Assembly: GCF_001194135.2 (NCBI RefSeq)
Contig: NC_068991.1
Span: forward strand, 25,559,952-25,623,951
Reading direction: 5' to 3'
DNA: 64,000 nt
From: Octopus bimaculoides
Lineage: Eukaryota
How positions within the stretch are numbered: position 1 is the first letter of the stretch; the number at the start of each line of letters is the position of its first letter. The translations under genes and the position numbers were made by a program. Of this stretch, positions 37,232 to 50,326 are shown piece by piece. The notes beneath the pieces are model-generated. The model did not search any database, was not told where the DNA came from, and saw only the letters and a program-made list of their open reading frames with translations.

Positions 37232-38289
37232 TTTACATGAACTATAATAGTAATTACTAACGACGAAAGAAATTTATAATCAGTCGTCACGATTTTATTA
37301 GATACAGCATAACTACCATATTCATTTTCTACCTTTTACAAATCACGGTGTCAACCTGCTACTGTTATCACTGCAATTCAAAAATGCGATCGAGAAAGTC
37401 TGGAGAGATGTTTTAAGGAAAGTTATTCCTTTAATATAAATACAAACACCAGTATCAACTCAAATACAGTGTGTAGCTAAATAGCCTCCCAGATTCACTA
37501 TTCTTGATAAACTTTCCAACAGCAAACACAAGCTGTGCACCATTGCAAACGATCAAAGAAACTAAAACCTTCACGATACCTTAGCGAGAAGAAGACATCT
37601 GCTAACTTCAGGTGTACCACTCCAAAGGCTGTGAAAAAGAAGTGAGGTATTTCTCTAACATCCTGTACATAAACTGTTATTTAAGAAAATCAAATTCGTA
37701 TCTTATATAAGAGAATGAGAAGAATGTCGCATAAGAAACAACAGTCCATGTCTCGCAATGCATATAGAGTGTAATACACTTTGTGATTCAAACGGTTCAA
37801 ACTCATCAAACGGTTCTAACTCATCAAACGCAATGTCACACATTCTATGGAATGCTACGTCATTTACACGTTCGTTCCGGTACAAGAAATTCGCTTGATC
37901 GAACAATTGCTTCCTCATCATCGAACGACAGAGATGCAGTACTACCGTAAGCGTAAAACAATTTTCCACGTGCAACCACATTTATATAATTCATACGACA
38001 TACATAGTCGTAGATAAACCAGCCAGTTTTCAAGTTTATTATAATCACGTGAATTTATTGCTGTTTTCTTTTCTAGAACGTTCTATGTATTGGCTACATA
38101 AACCTATTCTCTTGACTTTCGCAGTTTCATTAATGGTTTGGCATGAAAGTCTATACAATAGTGTAACTACTGTTAATGAGATTGTATTTATGTCAAAATC
38201 TATACAGCGAGTTCTCTTTCTCCCGAATGTCACAACAAGTGCAGCTCTTGTGTCGTAGATGTGGGTTACGCAATTTCTTGCTCAAGAAC

Positions 38290-38520
38290 CTGTAAAGGTA
38301 ACTTTCGTTTATAGTGTTCAAACATTTGTGCTGTACTTTTGCTCACGCCCTCCATGAAATCGACATCGCCAGCAAAGGTGTACGATGTGCCACACATCGG
38401 ATGTAGAAGTGATCGCAGACCAACGTGAAAGGAATCGTTTTTGCCCAAGAACATAACGTGAATCGAAACAAAGATCTTGAAATTGTGAGTACAATACACT
38501 AACCATTAAACCACTCACCT
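38290..38520 (-). mobile_element. Degraded tRNA-derived SINE
   Basis: Minus-strand head gtggtttaatggttag...gtttcgattc followed by the ttcttgggcaa...tttcacgttg body. Confidence 0.55.
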
Positions 38521-38739
38521 TCTACATACACACGCATACATATTTATACACACATACATGTGTGTGTATATATGTTCACACACACACTTACATATATACA
38601 TACATGCATTTATACATATATGCATGCATACATATATACATACATGTATAAGAATATTTATGCGTATGTATGTATATGTAATATGTATAAAATGCATCCA
38701 ACTATCTATCTATCTATCTATCTATCGATCTATCTATCG

Positions 38740-38786
<47 letters not shown>

Positions 38787-38847
38787 CATCTAACTATTTA
38801 TCTATCTAGACTACATAAATAGAAAGATACAAATACACAAACACACA

Positions 38848-38882
<35 letters not shown>

Positions 38883-39157
38883 ACATATATATATGTGCAC
38901 GTGTATATATGTCAACATTTTTTCTTACGTGCATGGGCGTGTTTAGTGTTGTGCTTTAAGTTTTTTCCTGAATGATGTACGTTATATAGTTGTATAGTTC
39001 AACTCATCAAACAGAATATATCGCTCTGCAAAAAAGATAAAATTAGAAGAGACGACAAAAATAGAACTGGAAATAGATAAGACGAAAAGCTGATAAGTTG
39101 CAGCATAACAATGTAGGTAGTCTTATAAAATATGCATCTATCACACTCTCTATCTAT

Positions 39158-39202
<45 letters not shown>

Positions 39203-39311
39203 GCACACACGTATACACCACGTTGTGTGTGTGTGTATATATATATTTATATACACACACACAGAAGGAGAAAGAAATGGAGAGATATACACACATAGAT
39301 GTATACGTGCG

Positions 39312-39410
<99 letters not shown>

Positions 39411-39966
39411 ATTCAGCATTCACACAGGTATATATGTTATTCATTTATTCTTTTATGGTTTCAGCAATTGGACAGCGGCAATTGTAGGGCAACGCTTTCA
39501 AACGTTTAACCGAACGGTCGACCAGAGCACTTGCAGTACTTTTCTTTTTAAGTCTGGTACGTATTCTATCACACTTATTCCACGAATCGCTCATTAATGG
39601 GGATATAAACAAACGGATGCCCTTTCTTAATACACACACACACACACACACATACACACACAAACACACGGACGCACAGACGCATACATGCTTGATTTCA
39701 TGAATGCATGCACGCATCCATACATACATGGATCTTTTGTTTCTTTTGGCGTGTCTAAAAATGATGATGCGCTAGAAACGATTGCCGGACTTGTATGATG
39801 TAATATTCCCCATTCTTGTTGATGTTGCCACACACACACACATACACACACGCAAACACACACACACACACACACATACACACACACATAAACACACACA
39901 CACAAACACAAACACACACACAAACACAGAGACACACAAACACGCACACACACACATGACGCTCAA

Positions 39967-40623
39967 GTGTGGATGCGTGGTAAGAAGCTTGTTTCCCAAT
40001 CACATGGTCCCTTGTTCAGTCCCACTGCGTGGCACCTTGAGCAAGTGTCTTTTTATAGACACAGCCTTGTAGTTGGAAGGAAAGTGATAGAAGCCCATCG
40101 TATATATATATATATATATATATNNNNNNNNNNNNNNNNNNNNNNNNNNNNNNNNNNNNNNNNNNNNNNNNNNNNNNNNNNNNNNNNNNNNNNNNNNNNN
40201 NNNNNNNNNNNNNNNNNNNNNNNNNNNNNNNNNNNNNNNNNNNNNNNNNNNNNNNNNNNNNNNNNNNNNNNNNNNNNNNNNNNNNNNNNNNNNNNNNNNN
40301 NNNNNNNNNNNNNNNNNNNNNNNNNNNNNNNNNNNNNNNNNNNNNNNNNNNNNNNNNNNNNNNNNNNNNNNNNNNNNNNNNNNNNNNNNNNNNNNNNNNN
40401 NNNNNNNNNNNNNNNNNNNNNNNNNNNNNNNNNNNNNNNNNNNNNNNNNNNNNNNNNNNNNNNNNNNNNNNNNNNNNNNNNNNNNNNNNNNNNNNNNNNN
40501 NNNNNNNNNNNNNNNNNNNNNNNNNNNNNNNNNNNNNNNNNNNNNNNNNNNNNNNNNNNNNNNNNNNNNNNNNNNNNNNNNNNNNNNNNNNNNNNNNNNN
40601 NNNNNNNNNNNNNNNNNNNNNNN

Positions 40624-40679
<56 letters not shown>

Positions 40680-40933
40680 AGTGTGTGTGTGTGTGCGTGC
40701 GTGTGTGTGTGTGTGTCTGTGATTGTTTCTGAGTTTGTCACTCATCACTGTTTGACAACCGTCGTTGCAGTTTTTTACGTCCCCGTAACTTGCAGTTCGA
40801 CGTTAGAAATCGATAGCCTATGTATCTGGCTTAAAAAAGAAAGGACTTGGGACGATCCATTCGACTAAAATTCATTGAAGGCGGTGCCCCGGCGCGGCGC
40901 CAGTCTCACGAATGAAACAAGCAGATGATAAAA
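39967..40933 (+). mobile_element. SINE family B copy with the internal microsatellite collapsed into an N-gap
   Basis: Head gtggtaagaagcttgtttcccaatcacatgg...cccactgcgtggcaccttgagcaag before the gap; tail ttgacaacc...tttacgtccccgtaactt...gaaggcggtgcc after it. Confidence 0.88.
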
Positions 40934-41446
40934 TATATAAGACATGTTCCCAAGATTCCAGGTGGTGCAACTGATCCAAAGTCTCGTGGTAGAGAAGTAA
41001 ACTTTTTAGTAACACAACCATTCCTGCCTGCACCTATACAGAGAGAATACTTCAGTCTAAGTCAGGTGTACTCAAAAGTTGCTGTTAATTAAAAATCATG
41101 CCAAGTAATCTAGATCTAGAAACATTTTGTCGTTAAAGTAAATATAGAAACACATTTGCAAGCGCATGGAAGATTTTTATACGAGGTCTGCTCAATCAGA
41201 GCCGGCCTGAGATTCATCAACAACAGTAACCAGATTAACCGGCACGAACCTGTGGACACGCCTCTATATGATCACTCTGAAATAAAGCTGCTAAGCATCT
41301 TGCCGTCGTGCTAACGATTCTACCATCTCGCCGCCTTAATCGACCTCAGGATCCAACTGGAACTTATTTTATCGTTACCCGAGAGGACGAAACACAAAGT
41401 CATCTGCGGAATTTGAATTCAAAACGTAAATAAGAAGGATATAAGA

Positions 41447-42412
41447 AGAAGGAGTGGCTGTGTGGTAAGTAGCTTGCTTACCAGCCAAATGGTTCCGGGT
41501 TCATTCTTCACTGCGTGGCACCTTGGGCAATTGGATTTGGTAGACAGAAACTGAAAGACGCCTGTCGTATATATTTATATACACACACACACACACACAC
41601 ACANNNNNNNNNNNNNNNNNNNNNNNNNNNNNNNNNNNNNNNNNNNNNNNNNNNNNNNNNNNNNNNNNNNNNNNNNNNNNNNNNNNNNNNNNNNNNNNNN
41701 NNNNNNNNNNNNNNNNNNNNNNNNNNNNNNNNNNNNNNNNNNNNNNNNNNNNNNNNNNNNNNNNNNNNNNNNNNNNNNNNNNNNNNNNNNNNNNNNNNNN
41801 NNNNNNNNNNNNNNNNNNNNNNNNNNNNNNNNNNNNNNNNNNNNNNNNNNNNNNNNNNNNNNNNNNNNNNNNNNNNNNNNNNNNNNNNNNNNNNNNNNNN
41901 NNNNNNNNNNNNNNNNNNNNNNNNNNNNNNNNNNNNNNNNNNNNNNNNNNNNNNNNNNNNNNNNNNNNNNNNNNNNNNNNNNNNNNNNNNNNNNNNNNNN
42001 NNNNNNNNNNNNNNNNNNNNNNNNNNNNNNNNNNNNNNNNNNNNNNNNNNNNNNNNNNNNNNNNNNNNNNNNNNNNNNNNNNNNNNNNNNNNNNNNNNNN
42101 NNNNNNNNNNNNNNNNNNNNNNNNNNNNNNNNNNNNNNNNNNNNNNNNNNNNNNNNNNNNNNNNNNNNNNNNNNNNNNNNNNNNNNNNNNNNNNNNNNNN
42201 NNNNNNNNNNNNNNNNNNNNNNNNNNNNNNNNNNNNATATGGTGGTGTGTTTACGTCCCCGTAACTTAGCGGTTCAGCAAAAGAGACCGATAAAATAGGT
42301 ACTAGGCATCCAAAGAATAAGTCCTGGGGTCGATTTTCTCGACTAAAGGCGGTGCTCCAGCATGACCGCAGTCAAATGACTGAAACAATTAATAGAGTAA
42401 AAGAGTAAAGAG
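41447..42412 (+). mobile_element. SINE family B copy with the internal microsatellite in an N-gap
   Basis: ggagtggctgtgtggtaagtagcttgc head; ctaaaggcggtgctccagcatgaccgcagtcaaatgactgaaac tail. Confidence 0.9.
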
Positions 42413-42897
42413 TATACCGTACTGACGATTCTGCTAGGTCGCCGCCTTAAGGGTGTTACACTTGATGTGACTGCAGTGTACTGCAACCGATCTGTCAGCT
42501 TTACTTGTCGGAATCCCACATATGGGTGAGAGTGTGGCCCTCTGTAGTACCATGCACGTCCTTTGAACTCGTTGGCACACATCGGTAGTTGATGAAATCG
42601 TGTCCTGTACCGTACTGGCTTTTATATTTTAGCGTTTCCGAAAAGGTTAAATGTAAAAACTAACCTAGCTGGGATTTGAACGCAGAATGTAAAGTTCAGG
42701 AACGAGTATTACGAGGTACTTTTTATTTATTTATCCGACACACCAACGTTTCTGCCAACCCATTACCCTTCTGTACAGTTAGAATAACCATAACTAATTT
42801 TATGTAACTTTGTAACTTTTTCTTCTTCATTTCCCTGACCCAATTGTCTACCATCTGTCATAACACGGTAACTTGCTATTGGAATGTTTTTACTAAA

Positions 42898-42947
<50 letters not shown>

Positions 42948-44015
42948 CATTATTATTATTATTATCATCATCATCATCATCATTATTATTATTATCTTTC
43001 TAATATAGCTCTTTACGTCTTATGCTTTTCTCTAGGTGTTATATTACAGCCACAGTTTTACACCTGACTACCGTAGATTATTTTTATATTATTTTCTACC
43101 CCTTTTTCTCTGCATCTCTATCTCTCTCTCCCTCTTTCTGTCGCTCTGTCTCTGTATCTCTGTCTCTCTGTTTCTCTCTCTTGAAGTTTTGAAATATATT
43201 AATCTAAATAAAACATTTACATATATTCTTTACTTGATATTTTATTTGTTATTTACTCGAACCATCATTAAATTTAACACCCGCTTAAATATTGTCAACA
43301 TTCCAAATACACAAAATGTTTGTTTTCTTATCTGTTTATACACTTCTTTTCCATTTTAATTTCTAGTTTTCCTTCTAAGCAACTAACTAACACCGAGAAG
43401 ATCTTTACGAATTACTTTCAAAGCCCACACTTAGCTGAATGATTTATATCGCTAATGCGCCTGTCACACAGCTTTTCAATTCTTCTCCACTTCCATTGCC
43501 TCTATTTTAAAGGCATATGACATTTCAAGTGTTTTATTTCGGAGCATAACTGTGTACGTATGAGTAAACGGTAAGATATGTGTATATATGTGTGATATAT
43601 TGACGGCGTACAGAGTAATTGAAGTGATGGTAGTATACGCTAGCCAGTATCTTACTCTACCTGAATTCAGAGCCCAGCAATATGTATAGTCTTTGCATTT
43701 ACTATACCAAGTTAGTCCAGCGTATATTGTGCGACAGAAAATTGCTCTGTGTGTTATACAGCCATTGCTGTAACATTATTGACGTTAGGTAAATGTAATT
43801 GCTGTCTTCATGTATCTAATGCATTACAGTTTCTTTGCTGCTTAGTTATCGTTATGTTTTAAATGCCTGTATACCATGCATTCGCATTTGAAAATATTGT
43901 GAGCACGTAAAATATGAACGATTATTTGCCGCACACTCTACGTTGTTACATAAGAACAATCGAATTTGTTATTTTTGAGACAGCAGGAGAAAGTGTTAGC
44001 CCCGATTTTTTTTAG

Positions 44016-44149
44016 GTCGTGTGAAAATGATCGGAAGAAGATGTCTTAAAACCGAAGACTTTTACGAGGACGTTGACAACAGATTAAATTCCCCTAAAGG
44101 CACCTCAGTTATCAGGAAGTGTTCTTATAACTGTGCAATAAATAAACAG
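44016..44149 (+). CDS. Isolated plus-strand exon candidate (RVKMIGRRCLKTEDFYEDVDNRLNSPKGTSVIRKCSYNCAINKQ)
   Basis: Acceptor ccccgattttttttag|, 44 open codons, weak donor cag|gtctca. No homology recognised. Confidence 0.2.
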
Positions 44150-45507
44150 GTCTCATCACACATTTATAGAAATATTAATTAAGGATTAAATAAAAACTGA
44201 GTTTAAGAAAACTAATGATAATCTGTGTCGGCAGATTAATTTGAACTCAGTAATTGACTGGTACTGTACTTCATACAACCCGGAAGAACTACAGGTATAG
44301 TTGACCTAGATCAAACTGGGACTCAAATCGTAAAGTACAGGAAAAATATCACAAAGGGATATCGCTCGACTTTCTTATTAAAAACCAACTTCCGTTTTGT
44401 AATGAAATTATTTTCTAAGAGGTCGAGTGTTATCAGTGTAGTACAGCTCACGGTCTGGCTTCGATTTGTGCGTGCGTGTATATATATATATATATATACA
44501 GTCTCTTTGTGTGACTTGTACAAACACTGGATTGTCTGAATGAATAGTAGGAAAATATCTTATAGCATTTACGTTCTTGTTACAGACCCCGCTCAGATCA
44601 ATTTTGCCCTCCATCCACCCCAGTAATATAAAATAAATGACAAATCATTTCGAGAACCCAGTTGATATCTCCCAGAAATTTTCACAAGACATAGACGTCA
44701 TTTTTTGGTAAATTTCCTTTATTTCTGATAAAAAATCATAGTTTCTTATTTGTCCGGAGTTTAATAGTACAAAAATGAAGCATGTTTTGATCTTTATGCA
44801 TCATGTAAACGCCTTGCACCGAATGCGTGACCTTGTTACTCTGCTAAAAATACATCAAATGCAGAAAATACGTGTATTCATTCTAAGGTGTTAAACTGAA
44901 ATTGACTAACGTGTTGGAAAGATAAAGCATATGTTATTGTTAGGTGTGTGGCATACATATCGAAACCATGTCTAAGATGACGCTACAGGGCTAAAGAAAA
45001 CATCAACAAAATAAATATGAAAAAACAGCAAGAACAGTATAAACAAACAACAGCAATAACAACAGTAATACTGTAATTTCTTATAGTTGGTACAAATCCA
45101 AGAATGTTTGTGGAGAAAATTATTGTCGATTAAATGCACACTGATACTTGGCTGGGAATTCGTTTTATCCGCAGTGGATAAAGACCAAAGTTGACCACTG
45201 TGATATATAAAGTAAGAATCTAATAAGAATTATCCAGACATTATCCAGAGTTCTACAGATTCTACACAATTTGCTATGATGTTCACCAGGTGACACATTT
45301 TATGAGAAGAGTATTATCTCCTTAGGCAACTAAGGTTTTGTTCTAAAAGTCGTGGGTTCTACACCCGATCCAGGAGGTAAGTTGTGTCAGTAAGCATGAT
45401 GCTTTTTTCTAGTAGGTCACTCAGATGGTTAAAATGAGTATTAAATGAATATTAAAATGACAGAGTATCAGGTATGGTGAAATTATTGTGGCAGTTATGG
45501 AAAAATA

Positions 45508-45708
45508 AGGCGGTGAGCTGTCAGAATCGTAAGCGCACCGGGCATTTCTCCGTTTTTACCTTTTGAGTTCAAGTTTCCTCGAGGTCGATTATACCTCTCA
45601 TCCTTTCGAGGTCGATAAAATAAGTACCGGTTGAGTACTGGTGTCCATGTATTCAGCTTACCCAGTCGCCTGAAGTTACTGGCATTGTGACAAAAATTGA
45701 AACCAATA
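45508..45708 (+). mobile_element. SINE family A copy, near complete
   Basis: ggcggtgagctgtcagaatcg head, gagttcaa, ggtcgataaaataagtaccgg, and tail. Confidence 0.88.
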
Positions 45709-46959
45709 TATATGAAAGAATAAAAAGAATACATACAAATAAGTTGCCAACCAAGATATTTCAGAACACTTCAGCTCCGACCACGTTTTAAACCTAATAC
45801 CCCTTTGTGTAAAGCATGGGATATCCAAACAAAGCCGAGAGCATTTTGCAGGAGTCAGCCGTGACGTGAACGGTCCTACATCCTCTACGGTTTGATTATT
45901 CAAACGTACATAGAACATCACCGTGGACATTGCGAAAAGTGCTTTGTATTCCATGTCCAACGCATATTATGGCTTGATACTTTCCTCCAGATTTTGCAGT
46001 CATGTAATCACTTCCATGCTGGACCACAATGAAGTCGTAAGCCTGCTGTGTAGTTGAGTACACTTTTCTTCACTTGCGAGTACTTTGATTCTGTCCTTGT
46101 TTTCTTGCCTGTTCCATTAATTTCATATTCCTGATCGTCTTCCGTCTCCTTTGACTCGTCTTGCGAGGAATGACTTATCGCTGATTATAACGGCATCCTG
46201 TTTAATACTTAGAATCATCAAGCGAGGCCACTTTTTCCATCATTTCGCGAGATGGAAGTAGTGGTTACTTGACAAATCACTTTAGTCTGTCTCAGAACAA
46301 CCAACTTTTGTCGTGAGAAAAGAAGAGTACCCTAGACTTCATATCGCATGGAGTAGAGAGATAAATGTATTTCTCATCTAATTGATTAGATGAGGAAGTG
46401 ATTGCATGTCTTGTGGATTTGACATAGACTAGTGAAAAGGACTGGAGCTTATAGACGCGGCTATTTACAGATTTACCATCTTATGGACTGGACTAATCCA
46501 CCCCACCAAAGCGTTATTGTAAGGATCGGCCTTACCTTTATACACAACACAAACTTATCTCTATACTACATATCAATTTATAAGAAGATAAAGCAATGGC
46601 TCACGTTCGAGCCTTTTCTCTTTGCTTATTTTCATATTCTGTTAGATGATAAGAAGACTAGACTTTTATGTCACTACACCAGTCCTATTCTGTCTCGGAC
46701 TCCTGTCACCAGACTAAACCAATCGCTTAGGTCAGGGATTCTGAATTATTTCTTTTTATCTATGGAACCGTTTGATTACTATTTTATTTCGAATGACCTC
46801 TATAGCCATTCGATGTTTAAAAATTAGTTTTATAGAAACTTCTTTCATAATACCTTGTTTGCTTTTCACACATTAACTTGTCTCGGTTGAACTATGTAAA
46901 ATGTTAGAGAAAGAAAACTAGCTGTTTCTGGCAATACATACCATGCATACGTCTAAAGC

Positions 46960-47085
46960 AAAATGTCTTCAGGGGTCCTTAAAATACTGCTGTGGATTCT
47001 CAATTTACAATTTTGTGGTATGGACCCCCAACAGTCTTATGTGAACCCTCAGGGGCCTAATGGACCCTGGTTGAGAACTATTGGC
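46960..47085. mobile_element. Possible hAT-like DNA transposon/MITE end
   Basis: Ends ggaccctggttgagaactattg, resembling the reverse complement of CAGTGGTTCTCAACC-type termini; no partner end found. Confidence 0.35.
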
Positions 47086-47451
47086 TTAGGTTCACTGATT
47101 GTCTTCGCATATAATTTTCTTTGAAAGCTTTATGTACTGGATGCGCATACAAATATATTTAAATATACACATAACATTTACGTACTCTTTTCCACACATG
47201 TTCTCGCTCCCTCTTTCTCTCTCTCATACACACGCACGCGCACTCAAGTCCACGCGCTCACGCGCATGTATACCTTTCAATCGCAAACACAGTAACATTA
47301 AAATAAAATGTTATAAATCATTAAAGTTATTTTCAGTATAATTGTCCCTTCATCCCTCCGTCTCTTTCTTTCTGCCCCTCTCTGTATCTCTCTGTCTCTC
47401 GGTGCATATATACATTAATGTATATATTTATATATATATATACCTATATAT

Positions 47452-47484
<33 letters not shown>

Positions 47485-47750
47485 NNNNNNNNNNNNNNNN
47501 NNNNNNNNNNNNNNNNNNNNNNNNNNNNNNNNNNNNNNNNNNNNNNNNNNNNNNNNNNNNNNNNNNNNNNNNNNNNNNNNNNNNNNNNNNNNNNNNNNNN
47601 NNNNNNNNNNNNNNNNNNNNNNNNNNNNNNNNNNNNNNNNNNNNNNNNNNNNNNNNNNNNNNNNNNNNNNNNNNNNNNNNNNNNNNNNNNNNNNNNNNNN
47701 NNNNNNNNNNNNNNNNNNNNNNNNNNNNNNNNNNNNNNNNNNNNNNNNNN

Positions 47751-47823
<73 letters not shown>

Positions 47824-48501
47824 CATGTATATATTTAAATATATATATTTAACACATATAGGAGTGTGTCTGCGTATACATTACATATATGTATGTATTT
47901 TTTATATTGACATATATATATATGTATATATACCAATATGTGTATGTGAATATATGATGTATATATTAATATAAATATGTATGTATATATACACACACCC
48001 ACAGACGCGCACGCACGCACACAAACACACATATACATACATATACGCTGCCAAGTACGTATGCATGCATGCACGCATGTATGTATTCTATCTCCAAATT
48101 TGATTCAGTCGTCTGTTCTAAACAACTCGTTGATGGTTCTGTACGTATAATGGAAGGGAATGTAATTACAGAGTATATATTTAATTAACTGGCGAAGCTT
48201 TGATCAAGTAGGAAATGTCCGTAATGGCGTACAACACTTAACGCTTGCACGTGATCAGCGGTGCTACGTACTAAAGTTCACAGCTGCAGTAAATATCATT
48301 TTCGCCGCACAAACAAGGATGATTTCAAATAGTTGTGCAACCTTTAAAAAAAAATGTTCAGCGAAATTATAGTAAAACCACATTCTCTTCATATATACAT
48401 GCATACATACATACATGCATGCATACGTACATGCATACATATTTGTCTATCTGTGTATGAATACCTTAACACAAACACAGACACACATACATACATATAT
48501 A

Positions 48502-48782
48502 GGCGTAGGAGTGGCTGTGTGGTAAGACGTGTGCAACTTGGGCAAGTGTCTTCTACTATAGCATCGGGCAACGAAAGCCTTGTGAGAGGATTTTGTAGAC
48601 AGAAAGTGAAAAAAAGCTCGTCATATGTATATATATATATGTGAGTATGTGTGTCTGTGTTTTTCCCTCCACCATCGCTTGACAACCGATGTTGGTGTGT
48701 TAATGTCCTCGTAATTTAGCAGTTCGGTAAAAGTAACCGATAGAATAAATTGGCTTACAAAGAATAAGTCCTTGGGTCGATT
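48502..48782 (+). mobile_element. SINE family B copy
   Basis: ggcgtaggagtggctgtgtggtaag head, internal TA/TG repeat, catcgcttgacaaccgatgttggtgtg tail module. Confidence 0.88.
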
Positions 48783-49317
48783 TATATATATATATATATA
48801 TATATATNNNNNNNNNNNNNNNNNNNNNNNNNNNNNNNNNNNNNNNNNNNNNNNNNNNNNNNNNNNNNNNNNNNNNNNNNNNNNNNNNNNNNNNNNNNNN
48901 NNNNNNNNNNNNNNNNNNNNNNNNNNNNNNNNNNNNNNNNNNNNNNNNNNNNNNNNNNNNNNNNNNNNNNNNNNNNNNNNNNNNNNNNNNNNNNNNNNNN
49001 NNNNNNNNNNNNNNNNNNNNNNNNNNNNNNNNNNNNNNNNNNNNNNNNNNNNNNNNNNNNNNNNNNNNNNNNNNNNNNNNNNNNNNNNNNNNNNNNNNNN
49101 NNNNNNNNNNNNNNNNNNNNNNNNNNNNNNNNNNNNNNNNNNNNNNNNNNNNNNNNNNNNNNNNNNNNNNNNNNNNNNNNNNNNNNNNNNNNNNNNNNNN
49201 NNNNNNNNNNNNNNNNNNNNNNNNNNNNNNNNNNNNNNNNNNNNNNNNNNNNNNNNNNNNNNNNNNNNNNNNNNNNNNNNNNNNNNNNNNNNNNNNNNNN
49301 NNNNNNNNNNNNNNNNN

Positions 49318-49357
<40 letters not shown>

Positions 49358-49446
49358 TGTCTTCCTGTCTCTCTCCATATATATGTACATAAACGCTTGA
49401 ACGTCTGCTTTAAACATCCACGCAGAAACTGCATATATACAGGCAT

Positions 49447-49760
49447 TCTGTCGGTTACGACGACGAGGGTTCAAGTTGATCCGATGAACGAACAGCCCGC
49501 TCGTGAAATTAACGTCCAAGTGGCTGGGCATTCCACAGACATGCGTGCCCTTAACCTAGTGTTAAGGGAGATTCAGCGTGTCACAGGATTTGATAAGGCT
49601 GGTTCTTTTAAATATATGCACTGCTCACGTTTGCTAGCTGAATGGACTGGAGCAACGTGAAATAATGTTTCTAGGCCAGGGACAGAGATCTCCTCCGGGA
49701 ATTGAACCCACGACTTATGATTGTGAACCGAATGCCCTAACGACTACGCCACTCGCCTTC
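49447..49760 (-). mobile_element. SINE with the family-C 3' module but a different tRNA-like head
   Basis: 49447-49610 matches 58995-59170; the head (gaaggcgagtggcgtagtcgttagggcattcgg...gggttcaattccc) and the cacgttgctccagtcca module differ. Confidence 0.8.
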
Positions 49761-50190
49761 GCAAACTGCATATACGAATCCACAACTACTCACAGCGGAA
49801 GTACAGCTGGAAAGAGTAATTTGCATATAAAACGGATTCTTGATCTCTCGTCCGATTAATATATTACTAGGAGATTAATAGTGTTTTGTCTCAAAGCTAT
49901 ACAGTAGCACAGCTTATGTCTACAGATGTTTGAACAATACTGTAAATAATAGAGAAATGTAAGATCCTTCTCTTTGTTCTTTTATTCTTTTATTCTTTTA
50001 CTTGTTTCAATCATCAGACAGCGGCCATGCTGGGGCATTATTTCAAACATATTTAGTCTAACGATTCGATCCCAATACTCATGTTTTTTTAAAGCTTGGT
50101 GCTTATTTCATCGATCTCTTTTTCCGAATCGCTAATTTACAGGGACAATTTACAGCGGTTGTGGGGAACAAACACGCGCCCGCGCCCGCC

Positions 50191-50226
<36 letters not shown>

Positions 50227-50244
50227 TCATTATTATTACTTTCG

Positions 50245-50326
50245 TTGTTGTTCAGGTCACTGCTTGGAATCGAACTCGGAATCTTGGGGTTAGTAACCCG
50301 CGCTCTTAACCACAACGCCATATGCC
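50245..50326 (-). pseudogene. tRNA-like SINE head or tRNA pseudogene (Ser-like)
   Basis: GGCATATGGCGTTGTGGTTAAGAGCGCGGGTTACTAACCCCAAGATTCCGAGTTCGATTCCAAGCAGTGACC has A and B boxes, but the T and acceptor stems do not pair. Confidence 0.6.

Noticed and set aside
38266-38518. CNBD-like matches (FAGDVDFMEG; FKHLCCTFAHAL) on both strands
   Set aside because: Lies in a SINE relic; getting matches on both strands shows by-eye overfitting, which is why the CNBD calls elsewhere are kept at low confidence.
39098-39999. HT/CV dipeptide ORFs
   Set aside because: (CA)n/(TG)n microsatellite translations.
41179-41210. tacgaggtctg, resembling a mariner terminal repeat
   Set aside because: Short, with no partner end or transposase nearby.
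46432-46827. 131-aa plus-strand ORF without simple repeats
   Set aside because: Non-ATG start, no recognisable domain and no splice support; within chance expectation for 64 kb.
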